NCBI GenBank assembly: GCA_040002895.1
Contig: JBDUDP010000001.1
Span: forward strand, 58,872-122,871
Length of the DNA stretch: 64,000 bases
DNA from: Gemmatimonadota bacterium
Lineage (GTDB): Bacteria > Gemmatimonadota > Gemmatimonadetes > Gemmatimonadales > GWC2-71-9
Direction of reading: 5' to 3'
This document shows positions 27,322 through 35,540 of the stretch, one piece after another. Position numbers and translations under genes: made by a program. How positions within the stretch are numbered: position 1 is the stretch's first letter; each line of letters begins with the position of its first letter. The notes beneath the pieces are model-generated. The model saw only the letters and a list, made by a program, of their open reading frames with translations. It searched no databases and was not told the origin of the DNA.

Positions 27322-28694
27322 CGGAAGGGAAGGACACCGTTCGAATTGCCGCAGGGCAGGGGTTCTGGGGCGACTGGTTGGAAGCGCCGGTCCGTCAGGT
27401 GCGAGGCGGGCCGATCGACTATCTCGTGCTCGACTATCTGGCCGAAGTCACCATGTCGATCCTGCAGAAGCAGCGAACCCGCGATCCGGCGGCCGGGTAC
27501 GCCCGTGATTTCGTGACCCTCATGGAACGCATTCTCCCTGATGTGGCGGAGCGTGGCATCAAGGTCATCTCCAATGCCGGCGGCGTGAATCCGCGCGGCT
27601 GTGCCGAGGCGGTTCGTGCGGCGGCAGAACGCGCGGGCGTGGGCGACAAGATTCGCATTGCGTTGGTGACGGGCGACGACATTCTTGATCGACTCGACGA
27701 ACTGACGTCGGCAGGTGAGCCGTTCGCCAACATGGACACAGATCGCCCGTTGAGCGATGTCCGCCCGCAGGTACGCTCCGCCAACGCCTATCTCGGCATG
27801 CAGCCTGTGGTCGACGCGTTGGGCCTCGGCGCGAATGTCGTGATCACCGGGCGGGTGACCGACACCGGCCTCACGCTGGGTCCGCTGGTGCATGAATTTG
27901 GCTGGGCCACTGACGACTGGGACCGTATTGCTGCCGGCACGATCGCGGGGCACATTCTCGAGTGCGGGGCGCAGAGCTCGGGTGGCAATCTCCTGCGCGG
28001 ATGGCGCAACGTGAAGCGACTCGAGGATGTGGGCTTTCCGATTGTCGAGGCCTCACCCGATGGTTCGTTTGTCGTAACCAAGCATGAGGGCACGGGTGGC
28101 GTCGTGAACATCGCCTCGGTGACCGAACAACTGGTGTACGAAATGGGTGACCCGACGACCTACATCACCCCGGACGGCATCGTGGATTTCACGACCATCC
28201 GGCTCAAAGCGCGCGGCAAGCATCGCGTCCGCGTGTCCGGAATCCAGGGTCGGCCGCGGACCGAACTGCTCAAGGTCTCCGTGGCCTACTTCTACGGGTA
28301 CAAGGCCGTGGGCAGTCTGGTGTACTCCTGGCCGGATGCCTTCGAGAAGGCGAAGGCCGCTGATCGGATTCTGCGCAAGCGACTCAAGGCGCTGGGGCTC
28401 TCGTTCGAGCAGATCCTCACCGAGTACGTGGGCGTGGACGCGACGCACGGCCCGCTCGCCGGCGCCCCGTCCCCCGAGATTGCCGAGGTGATGCTGCGGG
28501 TGGGCGTGCGCGGCCCGGACCGCGCGGCCGTCGAGCGATTCACTCGTGAAATCGCGCCGCTGGTGCTCACCGGACCACCGAGCGTGACAGGATTCGCCGG
28601 CGGCCGGCCCGCGGTCGAGGAGATCATCGCCTACTGGCCGGCGTTGGTGGGACGTGACAAGATTGAACCCTTCGTCCGTGTGGAGATGGTCTGA
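27318..28694 (+). CDS. AtuA-like acyclic terpene utilisation family protein (DUF1446)
   Basis: 458 aa with 'VRIAAGQGFWGDW', 'IDYLVLDYLAEVTMSIL', 'NAGGVNP' and 'GHILECGAQSSGGN'. Confidence 0.8.
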   Translation: MTEGKDTVRIAAGQGFWGDWLEAPVRQVRGGPIDYLVLDYLAEVTMSILQKQRTRDPAAGYARDFVTLMERILPDVAERGIKVISNAGGVNPRGCAEAVRAAAERAGVGDKIRIALVTGDDILDRLDELTSAGEPFANMDTDRPLSDVRPQVRSANAYLGMQPVVDALGLGANVVITGRVTDTGLTLGPLVHEFGWATDDWDRIAAGTIAGHILECGAQSSGGNLLRGWRNVKRLEDVGFPIVEASPDGSFVVTKHEGTGGVVNIASVTEQLVYEMGDPTTYITPDGIVDFTTIRLKARGKHRVRVSGIQGRPRTELLKVSVAYFYGYKAVGSLVYSWPDAFEKAKAADRILRKRLKALGLSFEQILTEYVGVDATHGPLAGAPSPEIAEVMLRVGVRGPDRAAVERFTREIAPLVLTGPPSVTGFAGGRPAVEEIIAYWPALVGRDKIEPFVRVEMV

Positions 28695-29047
28695 TGGCCA
28701 CCACGATCCAGTTGCGCCATCTGGCGCATGCGCGTTCCGGCGACAAAGGCGACACCGCCAATGTCGGACTCATCGCACTCGCCCCCGAATTCTATCCTGT
28801 GCTGGTGGAGCAGGTGACCCGCAAGCGCGTCGCTCGCCACTTCAAGGGGATGGTGAGTGGCGTGGAACGCTTCGAGCTGCCGAACCTCCTGGCGCTCAAC
28901 TTCCTGCTCCATGGTGCGCTCGATGGGGGCGGCACCCTCTCACTCAAGACCGATGCCCAGGGAAAGGTCTACTCCACCGCGCTGCTGCGCATGGAGATCG
29001 AGGTGCCGCGCCGCATCGCCAAGCGGGCGCTGGAGATGGCGTCGTGA
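28694..29047 (+). CDS. AtuA C-terminal-like small protein (DUF4387-type partner)
   Basis: 117 aa with 'LRHLAHARSGDKGDTANVGLIA'. TGATG overlap with the DUF1446 gene. In Pseudomonas AtuA this module is, to my recollection, fused to DUF1446. Confidence 0.65.
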   Translation: MATTIQLRHLAHARSGDKGDTANVGLIALAPEFYPVLVEQVTRKRVARHFKGMVSGVERFELPNLLALNFLLHGALDGGGTLSLKTDAQGKVYSTALLRMEIEVPRRIAKRALEMAS

Positions 29048-29799
29048 GCGGCGTCCTCAGTGAACTCAAGGGCGGGGTGCTCACCCTGACGCTTGATCGC
29101 CCCGAGAAGCGGAACGCACTGAATCTCGAGCTGCTGGACGGCCTCGCGGCCGGCCTTGCGCGCGCCGAACTGGAGCCCGAGGTCCGCGTGCTCGTGCTCC
29201 GCGGGGGCGGGAAGGATTTCTGTGCCGGGGCCGACCTCAACGAACTGCTGGCGTCCGCCGACGCATCGCTCGAGGACAACGAGCGCGCCGCGCTCCGACT
29301 GGGCGAAATCTTCCTGACCCTGCGCCAGCTGCCGAAGCCATCCGTGGCGGTCGTGCACGGTCGGGCGCTTGCCGGCGGCGCAGGGTTGGCGACTGCCTGC
29401 GATCTGGTGATCGCCGCGACGTCGGCGACGTTCGGCTATCCCGAGATCGTGCGCGGCTTCGTGCCCGCCATGGTGATGACCATGCTGCGTCGAAGCGTAG
29501 GCGAGAAGCGTGCTTTCGATCTGGTGATCACCGGGCGACACGTCCCGGCGCAGGAGGCCCTCGCGATGGGGTTGGTCTCGCGGGTGGTCGCCGACGAAGG
29601 GTTCGACGCGGTGGTCGGGAGCTTGCTCGAGCAGTTGGCGTCACAAGGGCTCACCGCGCATGCACTCACCAAGCAGCTGTTTACTGAACTCGACGACCGC
29701 AACTTCGGCGAGGGGATCATGCTCGGCGCCCGGGTGAACGCGCTCTCCCGCGCCACGCCGGAATTTCGGGCGGCCATCGCCGCCTTCCTGACCCGATGA
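29044..29799 (+). CDS. enoyl-CoA hydratase/isomerase (crotonase) family protein
   Basis: GTG 29044 (GTGA overlap). Contains 'LTLDRPEKRNALN', 'VLVLRGGGKDFCAGADLNEL' and 'AVVHGRALAGGAGLATACDLVIA'. Confidence 0.88.
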   Translation: MSGVLSELKGGVLTLTLDRPEKRNALNLELLDGLAAGLARAELEPEVRVLVLRGGGKDFCAGADLNELLASADASLEDNERAALRLGEIFLTLRQLPKPSVAVVHGRALAGGAGLATACDLVIAATSATFGYPEIVRGFVPAMVMTMLRRSVGEKRAFDLVITGRHVPAQEALAMGLVSRVVADEGFDAVVGSLLEQLASQGLTAHALTKQLFTELDDRNFGEGIMLGARVNALSRATPEFRAAIAAFLTR

Positions 29800-29966
29800 A
29801 TCGCCTGCGGTTCTCGGTCGCCGTGGCAGGTGTCGCGCTCGCCGTGATCGCGCTCTGGCGTGATGACCGTCGCATCACTTGGGCGGCGATCGTGGTGCTG
29901 GGCGTCGCGGTGGCGTTGCGCCTGATCCGGCCACGGCCGGCACCCAAGCAGCCGGAACAGCCCTAG
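29796..29966 (+). CDS. small two-TM membrane protein (56 aa), hypothetical
   Basis: ATGA-coupled to the hydratase stop. Translation is 'MNRLRFSVAVAGVALAVIALWRDDRRITWAAIVVLGVAVALRLIRPRPAPKQPEQP*'. It is below the size cut-off of the ORF track. Confidence 0.45.
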   Translation: MNRLRFSVAVAGVALAVIALWRDDRRITWAAIVVLGVAVALRLIRPRPAPKQPEQP

Positions 29967-30041
29967 CCTCACCCCGTTCGATCGCACCGCGGTGCGTTGG
30001 TGTGCTCTCCCGCCAACATCCCCACGTTGGCACACTGGGAG

Positions 30042-31397
30042 ATGGCCACCATGGTCGACGCCCAGCTGCTCCTTGCACAGCGATTCGGCCATGCCGAATT
30101 CCGCCCCCTGCAAACTCGAGTCATCGAACCGGTGCTCGCCGGGCGCGATGTGCTCGCGGTGCTCCCCACGGGTGGCGGCAAGTCACTCTGCTTTCAGGTG
30201 CCGGCGTTGTTGACACCAGGCCTGACGCTGGTGATCTCACCGTTGGTGGCGCTGATGCAGGATCAGGTGACGCGCCTGGTGACGCGTGGCGTCGCGGCCG
30301 CCGCGCTCAACAGCACCCTGACGGCGGACGAACAGCAGGATGTCCTTTGCGCGGTGGCGCAGGACAGGGTCCGGATGCTCTACCTCTCCCCCGAACGCTT
30401 GCCCCGGCTGGTGGATGAGCTCGCCGCCCGAGGCGTGCGCGTTGCGCGTCTCGCGGTCGATGAGGCGCACTGCATCGTGGAATGGGGGCACGACTTCCGA
30501 CCCAGCTACCGCGCCCTGCGTCGGTGTCGTAGTGCACTGGGCGCTCCGCCGTGCATTGCACTCACTGGAAGTGCGACCCCCGCAGTGCGCGATGAGATCC
30601 GCCGATCGCTCGGATTCACAACCACTGCTTGCGAGATCGTAGGCTCGTTCGACCGACGGAATCTCCGCCTCGAGGTTCATCGGGTATCCAGCGTTGACCA
30701 TCGTCTCACGCGTCTGGTCAGACTCGTCCGCGACACCTTGCGTCCGGTGATCGTCTATGCCCCGACGCGCGGGCTCACCGAGGGCCTGGCCCGCGTGCTG
30801 CGCGAACAGGGTGTCGTCGCGGCTCCGTATCATGCTGGGCTCAGTGTGGAGGCCCGCCGCAGTGGTCTGGAGCAGTTCCTGGATGGACGATTGCGGGTGA
30901 TGACAGCGACCTGTGCCTTCGGGATGGGGATCGACAAGCCCGACATCGAGCTGGTGGTGCACTGGAACCTGCCGTCGACGCCTGAGTCCTATTATCAGGA
31001 GGCGGGGCGGGCCGGTCGGGACGGACGTGAGGCCCGATGCGTCCTGCTCTTCCACCCGGGCGACGGTGCGATGCCGCGTCGACAACTCGCCACCACCTTT
31101 CCCAAGGAGCGAGTGCTGGAGGAGTGTTGGCGGGATCCGTCACGGCGCGGCCGGCTTCCCGCGGCCGTGGTGGCGGCTGCCGATCGACTGGAGGCAGAAC
31201 TGCGCCCCGACCGAGGCCCGATTGACTGGAGCGGTGTGCGTCGCCGTAGGCGCGAAGCCGAGCGACGCCTTGAGGCGATGCTGGGCTACGCGGGCGGCAC
31301 GCGGTGTCGACGCGCCGCCCTGCTTGGCTGGTTCGGTGAGCGAGTGGTGCGCTGCAGCGGCTGCGATCGGTGCGGAAGCGGGGTGACACGCGAATGA
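30042..31397 (+). CDS. RecQ family ATP-dependent DNA helicase (short form, no HRDC)
   Basis: Start at ATG 30042 (MATMVDAQ). Contains 'FRPLQ', 'LPTGGGKSLCFQVPA', 'LAVDEAHCIVEWGHDFRP', 'ATCAFGMGIDKPDI', 'YYQEAGRAGRDG' and the C-terminal Cys cluster 'CRRAALLGWFGE...CSGCDRC'. Confidence 0.88.
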   Translation: MATMVDAQLLLAQRFGHAEFRPLQTRVIEPVLAGRDVLAVLPTGGGKSLCFQVPALLTPGLTLVISPLVALMQDQVTRLVTRGVAAAALNSTLTADEQQDVLCAVAQDRVRMLYLSPERLPRLVDELAARGVRVARLAVDEAHCIVEWGHDFRPSYRALRRCRSALGAPPCIALTGSATPAVRDEIRRSLGFTTTACEIVGSFDRRNLRLEVHRVSSVDHRLTRLVRLVRDTLRPVIVYAPTRGLTEGLARVLREQGVVAAPYHAGLSVEARRSGLEQFLDGRLRVMTATCAFGMGIDKPDIELVVHWNLPSTPESYYQEAGRAGRDGREARCVLLFHPGDGAMPRRQLATTFPKERVLEECWRDPSRRGRLPAAVVAAADRLEAELRPDRGPIDWSGVRRRRREAERRLEAMLGYAGGTRCRRAALLGWFGERVVRCSGCDRCGSGVTRE

Positions 31398-31412
31398 CGG
31401 CCCCGCGATCCA

Positions 31413-31471
31413 TCATCTGTCATCCGTCATCGGTCATCCATCATCTGTCATCTGTCATCTGTCATCTGTCA
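31413..31471. repeat. imperfect heptanucleotide tandem repeat, (TCATCTG)-type x8
   Basis: Units in order: tcatctg, tcatccg, tcatcgg, tcatcca, then tcatctg four times, then 'tca'. The final 'tca' is the complement of the TGA stop of the minus-strand metalloprotease gene. The repeat fills the 71-bp convergent gap after the recQ stop (31397). Confidence 0.9.
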
Positions 31472-33289
31472 GTTGACTCTCCGCAGCACCCCCAGTGGCG
31501 TGACTTCCCATCGCGCATTGGTCACGATGTCGTTGATCGGCAGCCGCTCCGCGGCTACTGCCATCGATTCCCGCAGGTTGCCGGCGAACGCATCGGCCGT
31601 GGCGTAGCTCACGGCATACCCCAGATCCTTCATGGAGGCGATCGAGAGCTTCGAGAGCGGTGTGGGCACGCCCGGCGCCTCGATGATGCCGGTCATCAGC
31701 TCGGCTCCGAGGACGTTCTCGCGCCAATGCGAATCGCGCGTCCCCGAGCCGTAGAGGTTCTCGACCGGCACCGGCGAGCCGTCATAGCTGAGGTTGAAGG
31801 TTGGCCAGATCGCACGCGCTTCTACCCCCGTAAACACCGGGTCGGACCCGCCGGCGCCGGTGAGCAGTCCCTTGTCGGTCCAGACCGTGCCGAAGCCGAG
31901 CACATGGGCCATCTCGTGCAGAATCACGGCGTCGAGGCGATTGGTGTTCTGCAATCCGACCAGGTCGGCGACGTCAAATTTCATCGAGCCGACGGCGGTG
32001 AACAGCCCCTGCGTGCGGCGGATGCACGGGCCCGCCGAGCCGAGGATCCCTCCCACGCCATCGATCGGAGTCACCTGCGCAAAGATCACCACGTCGTCGA
32101 TGGTCTCGTTGAGCGCTGGCGTCGGGAAGCCGGAGCACGCCTGACCGGCGGCCATGTTCACGGGCACGTCGGGAATATCGCCCGTGATGATCTTCATCCA
32201 GCGAATCGCTGCCGCGGCGAACGCGTCGTGCTGCGCCGGCGTGGAGGTTCCAAGGAAGCGGACATCCACGACATAGGGGGAGAAGTTGCCGACCGCGGTA
32301 AAGGTCACCTTGGCTCCCGGGAAGCCCGGAAGCGTTGCTTCCACGGTGCTGGAGGTGCCGGCCACGCCCAGGCGCCAGTCTTGCGGCGCGGCGATGCCGG
32401 TGGTCGGATCCGAGACCGGATCGGGACCGATGATCACGGCGTCGCCGCCGACCGTGGCGAAATGGACCGGGACGTTCCCCAGCACCTGCCCGTTGGCATT
32501 GGTGACCCGGACCTGGGGGATGCGCGGAACCATCGCCCCCTGGATTCCAGACTGGGTCACGACCGAAACGGCGACGATCGACGGTGTGGTGGCGAGGCCC
32601 TGGGCATCGAAAAAAATGGTGTTGGTGCCCGGTGCACTGGCTGAGACCCGATTCAGCCCCGCTGTCGATCCCAGCACCCAGCCGCCCAACGTGGCGCGTC
32701 CCTGGGCATCGGTCGTCGGCGTGCTTCCGCTGAGGGTGCCGTTGTTCTGCGTCACCGTGAAGGTGACAGTGGCCCCAGGGACCGGATTCCCGAAACCGTC
32801 CGTGACCAGCACGGTGGGCAGTGAGGTCAACGGTTGCTGCACCAGGGCCGCGAAGTTGGTCCCCGAGGCGCTCGCCAGATTTGCGGACGCCCCTGGGAGG
32901 GCGGTGGCCGAGATCGTCAGGGTGGTGGTGAGGCCGAGCGCTTGCGCCTTGAGGGTGTTGGTGCCTGCCGTGGTGCCGAGCGTCCATTGTCCTGCGGTGG
33001 CTTGCCCGTTGCCATCGGTCATGGTGGAGTCAGTGGAGAGCACGCCGCCACCCGAGGTGACCGTGAATCGGACCACGATGCCAACCAGACCATGTCCCGA
33101 TGCATCACGCACCCGGATCACCGGGGCGACCGCAACGGCCTGCCCAACGGTGCCCGATTGATTGTTGCCAGCCACTGCTTCGAGTGCGGCCGGTGGGCCG
33201 ATCGGGTCTCCCCCACCGCCACAGGCAGGGAGGAGGAGCAACCAGCAGAGCCGACCAAGGGCGAGAGTCGTTGGGCGCAGGGCAGGCAT
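31469..33289 (-). CDS. lipoprotein with three Ig-like (Big-type) repeats and a C-terminal leishmanolysin-like (M8) zinc metalloprotease domain
   Basis: Start at ATG 33289 (MPALRPTTL), lipobox 'LLLPACGG'. Three repeats of about 85 aa each ('...V.V.D..G..V.G..V.F.V..G.G.L.....TD..G.A....W.LG...G.N.L.A'). Contains 'AVILHEMAHVLGFG' (HExxH) and 'GSGTRDSHWRENVLGAELMTG'. Confidence 0.8.
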   Translation of the reverse strand: MPALRPTTLALGRLCWLLLLPACGGGGDPIGPPAALEAVAGNNQSGTVGQAVAVAPVIRVRDASGHGLVGIVVRFTVTSGGGVLSTDSTMTDGNGQATAGQWTLGTTAGTNTLKAQALGLTTTLTISATALPGASANLASASGTNFAALVQQPLTSLPTVLVTDGFGNPVPGATVTFTVTQNNGTLSGSTPTTDAQGRATLGGWVLGSTAGLNRVSASAPGTNTIFFDAQGLATTPSIVAVSVVTQSGIQGAMVPRIPQVRVTNANGQVLGNVPVHFATVGGDAVIIGPDPVSDPTTGIAAPQDWRLGVAGTSSTVEATLPGFPGAKVTFTAVGNFSPYVVDVRFLGTSTPAQHDAFAAAAIRWMKIITGDIPDVPVNMAAGQACSGFPTPALNETIDDVVIFAQVTPIDGVGGILGSAGPCIRRTQGLFTAVGSMKFDVADLVGLQNTNRLDAVILHEMAHVLGFGTVWTDKGLLTGAGGSDPVFTGVEARAIWPTFNLSYDGSPVPVENLYGSGTRDSHWRENVLGAELMTGIIEAPGVPTPLSKLSIASMKDLGYAVSYATADAFAGNLRESMAVAAERLPINDIVTNARWEVTPLGVLRRVN

Positions 33290-33824
33290 GCCAGGGTCCG
33301 GGGACGAGGTGGGGGTGTGTCGCACCCGCAAATATAGGTGAGCATCGGTCGTTCGTCGCGGGGTGACGAGGTGGCGATCGGCTCCGCCGCCATTGCCGTA
33401 AGTACCTGCGGTTCCTAGATTTCGAGCATGCAACCCAGACTCCGCTCCATCGGGAACGGCCACGTTGGCGAGGCGTTGAGCCTCGTCCGTCGGATTGCAT
33501 ATGCCTTTCGTAGTGTCCTCAACCGACTCCATCCGGCTCCTCTTGTGAAGCGCCTACCAAACCTGCGACAGCTCCGACCCCCGGCTCCCGCTGGGTGGAC
33601 CTCGGGCGCACTCGACGCCAATCGTCTGAGTGCATCCGTCGTCACCCGCCGGGTCCGGCGGCGGTCGAGGCTCTCGCCGGCGCTTCGCCTCGGTTCCTGC
33701 CTCGTGGCAGGACGGGAGCGGCATGGTGGTCGGCCTTCCGGCATTGCGTTGCGACGCCGGCCCTCGACCCTTCCAGATGCGGGTGGCACCGAGGTCCGGT
33801 GTCTGACGCCCGCCAGGGACTCAT

Positions 33825-35462
33825 GTGAAGCGCGAAATTCTGATCTCAGGCACGCCACGCGAAACTCGCGTGGCCATTCTCGAGGACGACAAGCTCGTCG
33901 AGCTGCTGGTCGATCGTCCGGACCACCGCCGCTCCGTCGGTGACGTCTACCTAGGTCGGGTCGAAGCGGTCCTTCCGGGAATTCAGGCGGCCTTCGTCGA
34001 CATCGGGCTCGAAAAGAGCGCCTTCCTGCACGCCTCCGACCTGCTCGAGCCGGAGGAGGATGAGGACCCGGCCGAAGTTGAGGAGCTCGACGATGAGGAA
34101 TCACCCGACGCCGCGGAGGGCGCCGACGACGCCGACGCGCCGGACGCCGATGAGCCCGCAACGAGCAAGCGACGTGGCGTAGGTGGCAAACGTGAGGTTG
34201 GCGCTCGCCGGGCGGTGCCCGACATCTCCGAGATCCTGAAGAAGGGGCAGACCCTCCCGGTCCAGATCACCAAGGAACCGATCTCGACCAAGGGTTGCCG
34301 GGTGACCGCGCAGATCTCGCTCGCGGGCCGCTTCCTGGTCTACATGCCGTACGCCTCCAAGGTCGGCATCTCCCGCAAGATCGAGAACCGGGAACAGCGC
34401 GCCAAGTTGCGCGAACTCGTGTCACGGCTGCTCCCCAAGGATGCGGGCGGTGTGATCGTGCGCACCGTCGCCGAGGGCGTGACCGAGGATCACTTCCGTC
34501 GCGAGATCGAATCGCTGGTCGGGACCTGGACCAAGGTGCGCCGGAAGGAGCAGCATGTCCGCAAGGCGCCGGCGCTGCTGCATCGCGAGGCGTCGCTGAC
34601 GCGTTCGCTGGTCCGCGATGTCTTCTCCGACAAGGTCGACGCCCTCTGGGTCGATTCGCGCGAACTGCACCAGGAGATCCTCCAGTATCTCGAGCAGATC
34701 GACCCAGACTTGATCGAGCGCGTCCACTATTACCAGGACCCCCAGCCGCTGTTCGATCTGTTCCGGGTGGAAGAGGAGATTCGTGATCTCTTCAAGCCGC
34801 GGGTCGAGCTCCCCACCGGCGGGTACGTGATCATTCAACCCACCGAGGCGCTGGTCTCGGTCGACGTGAACACCGGCCGGTACACCGGTAAGCGCGATCC
34901 CGAGAAGACCATCCTGCGGACCAATGTCGAGGCCGCGCGCGAGATCGCGCGACAGATCCGCCTGCGAGACGTCGGCGGCATCATTGTGGCGGACTTCATC
35001 GACATGGAGTCGAAGGCCAATCGCGATCGTGTGCTTCAGGAGTTGCGGACCCATCTCGGCCGCGACCGGGCCCGGACCCGGGCCTTCGCCGTCTCGGAGC
35101 TGGGCCTGATCGAAATGACCAGGCAGCGGGTCCGACCCTCGCTCTGGGCCTCGATGACTCGGGAATGCCTCACCTGTCACGGTACCGGCCGGGTCTTCTC
35201 CCCGGAAATCGTCACCCGGCGCCTCGAGCGGGCCCTGAAGCGGGCCGGCATCGAGCGAAAGGAGCGCCGGCTGGCCATCAGGCTCCACCCGGATGTGGCC
35301 CTCTACCTCCTCGAGGAGGAACCCAAGCTGGTTCCCTCGCTGGGTCGCCAAGGCGGCCTCGAACTCGAGATTCGGGACGATCCAATGCTCCGGCTCGACG
35401 AATTCCGGCTGATGTCCCGCCCCGCCGGGCGGGACGTGACCGAACTCTATGCCGTGGCGTGA
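33825..35462 (+). CDS. Rne/Rng family ribonuclease (RNase E/G catalytic domain)
   Basis: 545 aa from GTG 33825. Contains 'RVAILEDDKLVELLVD', 'VGDVYLGRVEAVLPGIQAAFVDIG', 'VSVDVNTGRYTG', 'NVEAAREIARQIRLRDVGGIIVADFIDM' and 'CHGTGRV'. Confidence 0.9.
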   Translation: MKREILISGTPRETRVAILEDDKLVELLVDRPDHRRSVGDVYLGRVEAVLPGIQAAFVDIGLEKSAFLHASDLLEPEEDEDPAEVEELDDEESPDAAEGADDADAPDADEPATSKRRGVGGKREVGARRAVPDISEILKKGQTLPVQITKEPISTKGCRVTAQISLAGRFLVYMPYASKVGISRKIENREQRAKLRELVSRLLPKDAGGVIVRTVAEGVTEDHFRREIESLVGTWTKVRRKEQHVRKAPALLHREASLTRSLVRDVFSDKVDALWVDSRELHQEILQYLEQIDPDLIERVHYYQDPQPLFDLFRVEEEIRDLFKPRVELPTGGYVIIQPTEALVSVDVNTGRYTGKRDPEKTILRTNVEAAREIARQIRLRDVGGIIVADFIDMESKANRDRVLQELRTHLGRDRARTRAFAVSELGLIEMTRQRVRPSLWASMTRECLTCHGTGRVFSPEIVTRRLERALKRAGIERKERRLAIRLHPDVALYLLEEEPKLVPSLGRQGGLELEIRDDPMLRLDEFRLMSRPAGRDVTELYAVA

Positions 35463-35469
35463 GTTGGGG

Positions 35470-35498
35470 TTGCGGGGCGGGTAGGGTCGGTCTATAAT
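35470..35498 (+). promoter_or_regulatory. candidate sigma-70-type promoter for rplU-rpmA
   Basis: TTGCGG (35470-35475), a 17-nt spacer, then a perfect TATAAT (35493-35498). It lies 42 nt upstream of rplU ATG 35541. Confidence 0.4.
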
Positions 35499-35540
35499 TG
35501 ATGGCTAGGCGTGTGGGATCTCACGGACCAAAAGGGCGCT

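Noticed and set aside
29984-29995. A perfect 12-bp palindrome, GCACCGCGGTGC, between the long acyl-CoA operon and recQ.
   Set aside because: Short GC-only palindromes are expected by chance at this base composition. The stem would be only 4-5 bp with a minimal loop, and no T-tract follows. It is not convincing as a terminator or operator.
30028-30041. A second TGGCAC (sigma-54 -24-like) element just upstream of recQ.
   Set aside because: No GC dinucleotide occurs at the -12 spacing (the sequence there is 'ga'), and the hexamer is only 9 nt from the ATG. It is probably a chance match.
31370-32644. A + strand ORF that reads the heptamer repeat as 'SIICHPSSVIHHLSSVICHLS' and continues for 424 aa.
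   Set aside because: It is antisense to the leishmanolysin-like gene, which has clear HExxH and Ig-repeat signatures. The rest of its translation is Arg/Gly-rich noise.
33415-34161. ORFs inside the long gap upstream of rng: 33428-33943 (+), 33415-34161 (-), 33105-33500 (-).
   Set aside because: They translate to Arg/Pro-rich nonsense, lack a start context, and partly overlap the well-supported rng and metalloprotease genes. I treat the region as non-coding.
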